Below, one piece after another: positions 1 to 8,531 of a DNA stretch of 48,597 nucleotides (position 1 is its first letter; each line of letters opens with the position of its first letter). The stretch is from an uncultured Bacilli bacterium (GTDB taxonomy: Bacteria > Bacillota_I > Bacilli_A > RF39 > UBA660). The notes below the pieces were generated by a model. The model searched no databases and had not been told where the DNA came from. It was given only the letters and a program-made list of their open reading frames with translations. The translations under genes and the position numbers were made by a program. The DNA lies in NCBI GenBank assembly GCA_947626535.1, contig CANQSO010000003.1, positions 1 to 48,597 on the forward strand. Reading direction: 5' to 3'.

Positions 1-156
1 TATATAAACAGCCTACTAACATTAAGCCTATTAGTATTAGTGATATCTTATATCTTACTTTCATATTACCAATTCCTTATTTTTAAACTATCTAAAGTAT
101 ACAATAGTTTTTAGGGATTAGCAAGTTTGTAACAGTTAAAAAATCTAACATTGACA

Positions 157-1467
157 TTAATTTTTTACTTTAATTGATTTAAATAATTTATGCCATAATT
201 TTTCTGAAGAATAATTTAAAATTCCTACTTTATAAATCCTTAAACCATATTTAAAAATCACAAACATAAATATTCCCGATATAGCTGTTGCAATTCCCAG
301 TTCTAATAAAGATACTTGTCCTAAAATAAATAATGTTGGCGAGATTAAAAATGATAACATTGGTATAAAAGAAATAACTTTAATAAATAATGAACCTTCA
401 AAAGTTGTAGCCATCATTGCTAAATAATAACCTAAGACTAAAATAATCATTAAAGGCATTTGCAATTGTTGAAAATCTTCAGTACTAGTTGTCATTGAAG
501 CTAAAACTCCCGAAATAATAGCATATGATATAAAAGAAAAGATAAATAAAATAATAATAATTGGTAGCCCTTTTACTAATAAACTTGTTATTCCTAATTC
601 ATTAACAACTGAAATAATTTCTCCAAGTTCCCCACTACTAAGGCTTAAAGAAATACTTCCACCTATAATTACTCTTACTAACATAGCCAATAAAGCATAC
701 AAAATAAATAAACATCCTTGAATAGTTACAAATAAAGTTGAAGCAATAATCTTAGCTAAAAAATGAACTTTGGGCGAAACATTTGAAATGATTATTTCCA
801 TACTTTTAGTTGCTTTTTCATCATTTACTTCAGCCCCAATCATTTGAACAAGTAAAGTAATTAATAAAAAGCATGGTAAGATAAAAATCATCATTACCCC
901 AACCGAAATAAATTCTTTATTCTCAGCATCATTTTTTTCTGGATTTAAAGTTTTTATTTCAACATTTACAGGACTAGTTAAAGCCACAATTTCTTCTTCA
1001 CTTAAATTATTCTCTTCAATAACAATTTTTGTTTTTAAACTATTTAATGAAGTATTAATTAGTTGTTTAGTGATTGTTCCAATTTCATCATAGCTAATTA
1101 TTTTACCATCTAAATAATTATCATTTTCTTTATCAATAACTAAAACAATTTTATCCAGTTCATTTTCTAAAGTAGAAGTTTCTTCATCTTCACTTTTAAA
1201 AGATTTTTCTAATTTATAATCTTTCATATCTAAATTTAAAGCCATCTTATTAAATTCACTAACAAAATCATCATAAACATTTAATTTATCAACAACATAA
1301 ATAGTTGTTAAATTATCAAAATCTCCTCCAAAAAAAGTAATAATTTTATCAATATTAAAAATGCCAATTAATAATATTGCAATAATAATATTAGCAATTT
1401 TAAACCATTTAGTTCCTATCTTTTTCATTAAACTTTGTTTAATTAAAAATTTAAACTTATTCTTCAT
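157..1467 (-). CDS. ABC-2 type transporter permease (NatB/YhaP-like)
   Basis: N-terminal TM, large extracellular loop, EK.TKSMEIIIS motif, six C-terminal TM helices. Overlaps the upstream ATPase gene. Start placed at MKNKF (1467); the ORF track gives 1476. Confidence 0.88.
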   Translation of the reverse strand: MKNKFKFLIKQSLMKKIGTKWFKIANIIIAILLIGIFNIDKIITFFGGDFDNLTTIYVVDKLNVYDDFVSEFNKMALNLDMKDYKLEKSFKSEDEETSTLENELDKIVLVIDKENDNYLDGKIISYDEIGTITKQLINTSLNSLKTKIVIEENNLSEEEIVALTSPVNVEIKTLNPEKNDAENKEFISVGVMMIFILPCFLLITLLVQMIGAEVNDEKATKSMEIIISNVSPKVHFLAKIIASTLFVTIQGCLFILYALLAMLVRVIIGGSISLSLSSGELGEIISVVNELGITSLLVKGLPIIIILFIFSFISYAIISGVLASMTTSTEDFQQLQMPLMIILVLGYYLAMMATTFEGSLFIKVISFIPMLSFLISPTLFILGQVSLLELGIATAISGIFMFVIFKYGLRIYKVGILNYSSEKLWHKLFKSIKVKN

Positions 1468-2356
1468 AGTATGCACCTACTTTACTTAAAAATATTTCAT
1501 TTAATGAAGGATCTTCTACCATAAATTTAATAATATTTTCTCCCTTTTTAACAACATCAAAAACATCATTAATATATTTTTCATCTTCTATTTTAACTAT
1601 AATTTCATTAGCATTATCTACTACTTCTATAACCCCTTTAATACTTTTTAATTTTTCTTCATTAACATCTCCAATAATATGAATATTTTTCTTCCGATAA
1701 TCTTTTTTTATTTGTTTTAAACTTCCCTGTAAAACACTTTTACCTTTAACTAATACCACTAAATTATCACAAAACATTTCAACATGTTCCATTCTATGAG
1801 AAGAAAAAATAATAATTCTTTTTTTATCTTTAAATTCTTTCATTACTTTTACAAATTCTTCAACATTTATTGGATCTAAACCCGTAAATGGTTCATCTAA
1901 TATTAACATTTTAGGATCATTTATAATGGCACTTATAAATTGCACTTTTTGTTGATTTCCTTTACTTAATTCTTTGATTTTTCGATTTTTATATTCACTA
2001 ATATGAAAACGGTTTAAATAGTAATCTAATTTTTCTAAGATATCTTTTTCTTTCATACCTTTTAAAGTTCCATACATTATCATTTGTTCTTTAACTGTTA
2101 ATTTAGTAAGTAGACTTCGCTCTTCAGTTAAAAAACCAATTTGATCAGTAAGATCATAATTAATCGGTTTATCATCTAAAGTTATTGTTCCACCAGTTTG
2201 TTCAAGTAAACCAATAATCATTCTAAATGTTGTTGTTTTTCCTGCTCCATTTACACCCAATAAACCAAATATTTCGCCTTCCTTAACAGTTAATGATAAA
2301 TTATCAACAGCTAAATTATTACCATAATATTTTGTAACATTTTCTAATTTTAACAT
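1457..2356 (-). CDS. ABC transporter ATP-binding protein (NatA/YhaQ-like)
   Basis: Walker A GVNGAGKTT, signature LSKGNQQ, Walker B LILDEP, H-loop SSH. Confidence 0.93.
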   Translation of the reverse strand: MLKLENVTKYYGNNLAVDNLSLTVKEGEIFGLLGVNGAGKTTTFRMIIGLLEQTGGTITLDDKPINYDLTDQIGFLTEERSLLTKLTVKEQMIMYGTLKGMKEKDILEKLDYYLNRFHISEYKNRKIKELSKGNQQKVQFISAIINDPKMLILDEPFTGLDPINVEEFVKVMKEFKDKKRIIIFSSHRMEHVEMFCDNLVVLVKGKSVLQGSLKQIKKDYRKKNIHIIGDVNEEKLKSIKGVIEVVDNANEIIVKIEDEKYINDVFDVVKKGENIIKFMVEDPSLNEIFLSKVGAYYEE

Positions 2357-2383
2357 AATCGCCTCTTATAAAAAAATTAATGA

Positions 2384-2911
2384 TTAAAAACTCATTAATT
2401 CACTTTCTTTTTCTTTTAAGTGTTCATCAACTATTTTATTATATTTATTAATTAATTCTTGAACGTCTTCTAATTCTAATTTTTCTTCATCTTCTGGTAA
2501 TTCCAATTTTTTAATTTCATTATTCGCGTCTTGTCTAATATTTCTTAAAGCAACTTTAGCTTCTTCACAAACATTTTTAGCTTCTTTAACATAATCTTTT
2601 CTTTTATCTTCAGTTAGTTCTGGAACAGTTAAAATAATAATCTCCCCATTATTAATTGGTGTAATCCCAATATTAGCTTCATTAATAGCTCTTTCAATTT
2701 CTTTTAAGGTACTTCTATCAAAAGGTTTAACCATTAATTGTCTTGCTTCTGGAACCGTAATATTTGCTAAACTTTGAATTGGCGTTGGAACATCATAATA
2801 CATAACATTAATCCCATTTAACATACTAGGATTTGCTCTTCCTGCTCTGATATTTAATAATTTGTTTTCTAATGAAACTATCGCTTTTTGCATTTTTTCT
2901 TCTGTGTTCAT
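2384..2911 (-). CDS. frr: Ribosome recycling factor
   Basis: IRAGRANP, PELTEDKRK and ALRNIRQDAN motifs; 175 aa. Confidence 0.97.
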   Translation of the reverse strand: MNTEEKMQKAIVSLENKLLNIRAGRANPSMLNGINVMYYDVPTPIQSLANITVPEARQLMVKPFDRSTLKEIERAINEANIGITPINNGEIIILTVPELTEDKRKDYVKEAKNVCEEAKVALRNIRQDANNEIKKLELPEDEEKLELEDVQELINKYNKIVDEHLKEKESELMSF

Positions 2912-2949
2912 AATAACCTTCTTTCTAATTTAATTGTAACACATTTTAT

Positions 2950-3447
2950 TTAATTATTGAAAAAATATTCTAATTCTTCATCTTTAGATATTCCTAAAAT
3001 AGTTTTAGTAATCATTCCCTTTTCTACTTTAATTATATATGGAGTCAAATCAAGATTTTCTTTCACTTTATCATTTAAATTACCTAACTCTTTAACTAAA
3101 TCACGATTCTCATTATAAGTATCTCGATCAACAAAATAAATTGGTAATTTACTATTTTTCATTACATCTTCTTTACTCATTAATTTATCACAAGACATAC
3201 AATTACTTCTTGTAAAAATAACATTAAAACTATCAAAAGAATTTATCTTATTCATTATTTCATCTAAAGTTATTTTACTTACATAAACATTATCATAAGT
3301 TAGTTCTTGTTTTTCTTCTCCACCAAAAGTTGTATTATTAGCATTTGGATCTTCTGGAATAAAATGAAGCATAATTTGATCGCCAAAAAAAACTAAAACT
3401 ATAACTATAACTACTATAACGCAATAAATCTTTTCTTCTTTTTTCAT
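2950..3447 (-). CDS. Membrane-anchored thioredoxin-fold protein (CxxC)
   Basis: N-terminal TM; FTRSNCMSC active-site-like motif; cis-Pro-like TP motif (LTPYII). Confidence 0.7.
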   Translation of the reverse strand: MKKEEKIYCVIVVIVIVLVFFGDQIMLHFIPEDPNANNTTFGGEEKQELTYDNVYVSKITLDEIMNKINSFDSFNVIFTRSNCMSCDKLMSKEDVMKNSKLPIYFVDRDTYNENRDLVKELGNLNDKVKENLDLTPYIIKVEKGMITKTILGISKDEELEYFFNN

Positions 3448-4049
3448 GATAAATTTCCTTTATAGACTCTTATCGCATTTTTTAATTCTTCACTCTTTAA
3501 ATTTCTTTTTTCCTTAGTCCAATAATCTTTTATGGTACTTTCCCCATTCATAACCGCAGTTTCATTATCAAAATACAAAACTTGACCATCTTTAACAATT
3601 AAAAAGGTTGGTGAATAAAGATTTTTAGTATCATCATCTAAAATAGTTGTATAACTTGCTAAATAATTAACAATATTTTCATAATAATAATTATCATTTT
3701 TACGATCATTATAAAAATTATAAAAATATATTTCATTAACATTTTCTTTTATTGCTACGTCATTTAATAAATCAGCATAATAACTAGTCCATGTATTTTC
3801 AGGAAATCCCATAAAAATTAAAGCTGAACCAGTATTTAAAGTTTCTAATATTTCACTATTTTTTTTATATTTAAATACATTATTTTGAGGTACTCCAAAC
3901 TCTAAAGTAAATTTTTCACTATCAGTCATTTTACTTTCACTCGCATAACTTTTAGTTCCTAAATAAACAAAAGCGCCAATTAAAACAACAAAACTAATTA
4001 AATAAAATCCTTTTTGCCATCCATTCATTTTAGGCTTATTCGACTTCAT
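3444..4049 (-). CDS. Membrane-anchored thioredoxin-like protein lacking catalytic cysteines
   Basis: N-terminal TM; FMGFPENTW where CxxC is expected; SPTFLIVKDG thioredoxin-like strand motif; stop overlaps the next start. Confidence 0.6.
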   Translation of the reverse strand: MKSNKPKMNGWQKGFYLISFVVLIGAFVYLGTKSYASESKMTDSEKFTLEFGVPQNNVFKYKKNSEILETLNTGSALIFMGFPENTWTSYYADLLNDVAIKENVNEIYFYNFYNDRKNDNYYYENIVNYLASYTTILDDDTKNLYSPTFLIVKDGQVLYFDNETAVMNGESTIKDYWTKEKRNLKSEELKNAIRVYKGNLS

Positions 4050-4088
4050 ATAAAAACCTCTTTCTAAAATTATTATAACAAAATTTTC

Positions 4089-4823
4089 TTATTTTTGTAT
4101 ACTACTTTCACCGGTTAAATAATTTATATTAACACCATCTTCAACATTAAAGATAAAAACATTAAATTCTAGATTATCATCTTCAATTGATTTAGCTTCG
4201 ATTTCTACTCCTGTAGCTAGTAAATTAACCCCTTCAAAGATTGGTGTTACTCGATATAAAACATGATTTTTACTTTTTTTAACATAATCAGCAACTTTAT
4301 TTTCAAACTCTAACATGACTTTAGCATTCATATTTCTTGTACAAGTTATTAAGTTGTTGGGATTAGCATTTTCACCAGTTAATTGAAATCCTATTAAATG
4401 ACAACGATTATATAAATATTTACCATCAACAAAATCATATTTAACGGTATGCCAACCACTTGGTTTAATCATCCCAATACTTTCTCGTTCTTCATCAGGC
4501 ATGGTATCAAGGCCAACTCTTGCAACAGCTACACCACATCTACCTAAAGAATCTAATTCGCTATAAGATTCAAAAGCCTTAGAAGTATCATATTCATCAG
4601 TAAAATAAGGTTTATTATTATTGATAATTACGTAAGGTTCGCCATCATAAGGAGGTATTTCACTAATTTGATAACTTCTAGCTTCCGTTTTAACAGTTAT
4701 CTCATTTAAAAATGCAATTACATAATCTTTACTAGTATAAATTAATAAACCAATTATTAAAACTAAAACAATATTAATAATATTAACTTTATTTTTACTT
4801 CTTCTCTTTGCCAAATTATTCAC
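4089..4823 (-). CDS. DNA/RNA non-specific endonuclease (EndA/DNA-entry nuclease family), membrane-anchored
   Basis: LDSLGRCG, PSGW, NRCHLIG, NLITCTRNMN and YRVTP motifs of beta-beta-alpha-Me nucleases; N-terminal TM. Confidence 0.9.
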   Translation of the reverse strand: MNNLAKRRSKNKVNIINIVLVLIIGLLIYTSKDYVIAFLNEITVKTEARSYQISEIPPYDGEPYVIINNNKPYFTDEYDTSKAFESYSELDSLGRCGVAVARVGLDTMPDEERESIGMIKPSGWHTVKYDFVDGKYLYNRCHLIGFQLTGENANPNNLITCTRNMNAKVMLEFENKVADYVKKSKNHVLYRVTPIFEGVNLLATGVEIEAKSIEDDNLEFNVFIFNVEDGVNINYLTGESSIQK

Positions 4824-4831
4824 CTTCTTAT

Positions 4832-6025
4832 TTAAATATTATCAAGTGAATCCATTAATAAAAAATCTTTAAACTTTAAATGTGTTACTGTACTTGTAGA
4901 ATAATCTATATCATCATTTGTAATTAAAATCTTTTTCTTATCATTTGGTATTTTAGCAAAAGCACTAAATTCTCTTTCATATGATTTTTCGTTCTCAACG
5001 CTATAAGCAGCTTGAATGTAATATTCTTTACCATCCTTCATAGCAATAAAATCAATTTCTTTATTACTTTCATCATTATTTACAACTTTTAGCTCATATC
5101 CCATATATATTAATTCATTATATATAATATTTTCTAAATTATGAGTTAAATCATATCTGTTATCTAAACATCTAATTGAATTAAATGATACATCTTCATC
5201 ATAAATTTTAAAATAATATGCTAATTCACTTCTAGTTTTAGAAGAATATGGTTTTATACTATTAATAACATAAGCTTTTTCTAAATATCCTAAATATTTT
5301 ATAATTGTATTTATAGATCCTTTTATATGTTCATTTTTTAAATATCCTTCAACACTTCTTGAAGAAAAAATTCTTGAATTAGACACTAAAATATAATTAG
5401 TTATTCTTCTAAAAAGTTGTTCATTTTTAATACTAAAACGATTAATTAAATCTTTAACAACAATTGATTCATTTAAATCTTTTAAATAAGTAATCATATC
5501 ATCTTCATTAAATTCAAAACGCTTAGGAAAACCACCCCAAATAAGATAATCAGAAACACTACATTCTTTATTTAATTCCTTGGTATATAAAAGAATTTCT
5601 TTATAAACAAAAGGTTTTATTCTAAAAGATACATATCTACCACTAAAAGCATCAGTATATTCTTTAGAAAGAATTTTAGAGTTTGAACCGGTTATAAATA
5701 CGGAATTATCATGTAATCTTAAAGATTTAACTGCTCTTTGCCAATCAGTAACTTCATGAATTTCATCTAAAAAAACATAACATTTTCCTGGTTTACGATT
5801 ATTTTCGACATACAAAGTTAACTTTTCACTATTATAAATATTAGTTATAACACTTTCATCTTCAAAATTTAAATAAATAATATTATCCGTTTTTTCTTTA
5901 ATTTCTTCCATAATCTGATTTAAAATAATTGATTTACCACATCTACGGACACCAGTTATGATTTTAATTAAATCAGAATCATAAAATCCTCTAATCATTT
6001 TTAAATAATGTTCACGATTTATCAT
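4832..6025 (-). CDS. AAA_14 ATPase with DUF4143 and C-terminal PD-(D/E)xK-like motif
   Basis: GVRRCGKS Walker A, FLDEI Walker B, ITGSNS, GGFP, EIDFIA...YIQ. Start moved to MINREHYL (6025) because a promoter lies inside the longer ORF. Confidence 0.88.
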   Translation of the reverse strand: MINREHYLKMIRGFYDSDLIKIITGVRRCGKSIILNQIMEEIKEKTDNIIYLNFEDESVITNIYNSEKLTLYVENNRKPGKCYVFLDEIHEVTDWQRAVKSLRLHDNSVFITGSNSKILSKEYTDAFSGRYVSFRIKPFVYKEILLYTKELNKECSVSDYLIWGGFPKRFEFNEDDMITYLKDLNESIVVKDLINRFSIKNEQLFRRITNYILVSNSRIFSSRSVEGYLKNEHIKGSINTIIKYLGYLEKAYVINSIKPYSSKTRSELAYYFKIYDEDVSFNSIRCLDNRYDLTHNLENIIYNELIYMGYELKVVNNDESNKEIDFIAMKDGKEYYIQAAYSVENEKSYEREFSAFAKIPNDKKKILITNDDIDYSTSTVTHLKFKDFLLMDSLDNI

Positions 6026-6041
6026 ATTTATCACCATTTTA

Positions 6042-6070
6042 ATTATACTGAACAATTTTTCAAAAGTCAA
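6042..6070 (-). promoter_or_regulatory. Sigma-A promoter of the AAA ATPase gene
   Basis: TTGACT (6070-6065), 17-nt spacer, TATAAT (6047-6042). Confidence 0.7.
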
Positions 6071-6134
6071 ATTATTGTTCACTCAAGTGAACAATTTTAC
6101 AAATTTTAAAAAATTGTTCATTTCACTGAACAAT
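6049..6134. repeat. 39-bp-period array of ATTGTTCA-N6-TGAACAAT palindromes
   Basis: TGAACAAT at 6049, 6088 and 6127; ATTGTTCA at 6074 and 6113. Confidence 0.85.
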
Positions 6135-6135
6135 T

Positions 6136-7323
6136 TTATTTATGGCTTTTCTTTTTCTTAACTAATACAAATACTAAAATTAATAATATAATTAAAACTC
6201 CATACCAATAATTAATTAAAAATGCTATTAAGGAAAATGTTAATTTTTCATTTAAAATAATATCTATATTATCAATAATTTCATCATTTAAAATTACTTT
6301 AACTGTTCCTAATTTAGTTCCAACTTTAGTAAAATAATTTATTTTATCTACTCCTTCATATTGATAGATTAAATTTTTTTTATCAAAATCTTTTGATAAA
6401 TATTTATTTAAAGTTTTATTGGCATTAAAGACTACTTCTTTTTCTTTAGAATTAACAGTTTTTAAAGATAAAATAAGGTCATTTTCACTAATTACTTCAT
6501 AGGTATCATAATGACTAATAAAGTAATCATAAATCGTTTTAGCATCTTTAATATGTCCACCATCATCTTCAGCACCGGTTGTAACTAATAAATAATTAGT
6601 ATTACCTCCTACAGCAAATGTTGCAAGGCAAAGTCCTGCTTCATCTGTTGTTCCAGTCTTCCCACCAATTAAGTAATCCATTTCTAAATTATAACTATTT
6701 TTATAAGCCATAACTGTACTAAAAAATGATTTAGAATTATCACTAGTTGTATATGTAGGATTAGAGAAAATTTCTTTTAAAGTAGGATTTTGTAAAGCAT
6801 ATTTAAACATCGTTGCAACATCTTTTACGGTAGAATAATGTGCTTCATCATGTAAACCAGTCTCATTAACAAAATGAGTATTTAATAAACCTAACTCTAA
6901 AGCTTTTTCATTCATTTTTTTTACAAATTCTTCTCTATTACCCGCCACAATTCTTGTTAGTGCTTGGGCAGCATCAGCACCTGATGGCAGTAATAAACCA
7001 TATAATAAATCTCTTATTGTAACTTCTTCGCCAACATAAAAACCCGCAACTGATGCATCAGCTTCAATTAAACCAGCAAAGTCTTCATAAGTTAAAGTAA
7101 CCTTTTCATCTAAATCATTAATATTTTCCACAGCAATAATTGCTGTCATAATCTTAGTTAAAGAAGCAATAAAAGTTTGTTTTTCACTATCTTTTTCATA
7201 AAGAATTGTATCTTCATCTAAATTATATAAAATAGCATTTTTAGAATTAAGATCAAAATCTATTGCTTTGACATTGCCTAAAAAACCTAAAAAAGCCAAT
7301 AAAAAAATAATTATTTTTTTCAT
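6136..7323 (-). CDS. D-alanyl-D-alanine carboxypeptidase (peptidase S11)
   Basis: Signal peptide, SLTK (SxxK), SGADA, GKTG motifs, C-terminal TM. Confidence 0.93.
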   Translation of the reverse strand: MKKIIIFLLAFLGFLGNVKAIDFDLNSKNAILYNLDEDTILYEKDSEKQTFIASLTKIMTAIIAVENINDLDEKVTLTYEDFAGLIEADASVAGFYVGEEVTIRDLLYGLLLPSGADAAQALTRIVAGNREEFVKKMNEKALELGLLNTHFVNETGLHDEAHYSTVKDVATMFKYALQNPTLKEIFSNPTYTTSDNSKSFFSTVMAYKNSYNLEMDYLIGGKTGTTDEAGLCLATFAVGGNTNYLLVTTGAEDDGGHIKDAKTIYDYFISHYDTYEVISENDLILSLKTVNSKEKEVVFNANKTLNKYLSKDFDKKNLIYQYEGVDKINYFTKVGTKLGTVKVILNDEIIDNIDIILNEKLTFSLIAFLINYWYGVLIILLILVFVLVKKKKSHK

Positions 7324-7701
7324 TTACATCAAGCCTTTCACAAATATTATTATTTTAGGTAAAAAAATAATTAAACCAATTAAAGCTGAGAAAAATGCTG
7401 TAACTAAAACAGCTCCTGCTGAAATATCTTTAGCTAATTTAGCTAATTCATTAAACTTTGGAGATGCTAAATCAACACATTTTTCCATAGCTGTATTAAA
7501 TAATTCACTACTAATAACACTCATAAAACAAATTAAAATAATTAACCATTCAAAAGTATTAATATTTAGAATAATAGCCATTAAAATAACTAATTCCATA
7601 ATAATAAAATGGACTTTCATATTCTGTTCACTTTTTAAAGCACTTTTAATTCCCCTTATCGCATATTTAAAACTATTAATTAATTTATTAAACGATATCA
7701 T
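7324..7701 (-). CDS. dgkA: Diacylglycerol/undecaprenol kinase
   Basis: SFKYAIRG, EQNMKVH, ELFNTAME, AKDISAGAV. Confidence 0.93.
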   Translation of the reverse strand: MISFNKLINSFKYAIRGIKSALKSEQNMKVHFIIMELVILMAIILNINTFEWLIILICFMSVISSELFNTAMEKCVDLASPKFNELAKLAKDISAGAVLVTAFFSALIGLIIFLPKIIIFVKGLM

Positions 7702-7703
7702 AA

Positions 7704-8450
7704 TTAAATACTTTCTAAAGCTAAGAGGATCATATCATCTAATGATTGTTCACGATCTTTAATAGACATAAATTTTTCACTAAATTTACTATCAACAACC
7801 GTTAGAATAACTGATGCTTCTTTTGAAAAACTACTTGCAATATGAAAAAGCGCAAAACTTTCCATTTCTTCACCAATAATATCAAGATCTTCTGGTACTC
7901 TTTTTAAAACATGTTCATTATCAGAATAAAAACCAAATTGTTCAGTACACATTACACATCCTTCATGAATAGTTAAACCTTTCATTTTAGCATTTTCTAA
8001 AATTATTTTATTTAATTTTTTAGAAGGATAAGCTATATGGGTAGGATCTCCATTATAAGAATATGCAAAATTTCCTTCCGTATAACTAGCATTTGCTAAT
8101 ATTAAATCAGGTACATTTAAGTATTCTTTTAAACCACCACAGGTTCCAATCCGAATAATTCTTTCCACCCCAAAAAAGTAAAATAACTCAAAGGCATAGA
8201 TACTCATTGATGGCATTCCCATTCCAGAACCCATAACTGTAATGCGTTTATCACGGTACATTCCCGTATAAACAAACATATTTCTTGCATCACTTACTAA
8301 CTTATAATCAGTTAAATATTTTTCAGCTATATATTTAGCTCTTAAAGGATCTCCTGGCATAATAACAATTGGAGCTATATCACTTTTATCACAAGCAATA
8401 TGAGCCGGTTTGATATGATCCATTACTTTTGGTGCTTTCACCCTAATCAA
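7704..8450 (-). CDS. deoD: Purine nucleoside phosphorylase DeoD-type
   Basis: PGDPLRAKYIA, GMGMPS, IIRIGTCG, EMES. Confidence 0.9.
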   Translation of the reverse strand: MIRVKAPKVMDHIKPAHIACDKSDIAPIVIMPGDPLRAKYIAEKYLTDYKLVSDARNMFVYTGMYRDKRITVMGSGMGMPSMSIYAFELFYFFGVERIIRIGTCGGLKEYLNVPDLILANASYTEGNFAYSYNGDPTHIAYPSKKLNKIILENAKMKGLTIHEGCVMCTEQFGFYSDNEHVLKRVPEDLDIIGEEMESFALFHIASSFSKEASVILTVVDSKFSEKFMSIKDREQSLDDMILLALESI

Positions 8451-8474
8451 CTCTTTTCTATTCTAAAAATACTA

Positions 8475-8513
8475 TAACAAAAAATAAGAAATTTATAAAT
8501 TAAATTTCTTATT
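8475..8513 (-). terminator. Intrinsic terminator after ileS
   Basis: AATAAGAAATTTA / TAAATTTCTTATT inverted repeat (8483-8513) followed by a T run on the minus strand. Confidence 0.6.
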
Positions 8514-8531
8514 CACATCGTAAAGTAATGT

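Noticed and set aside
7268-7762. Plus-strand 164-aa ORF
   Set aside because: Antisense shadow of dgkA and its neighbours; no motifs
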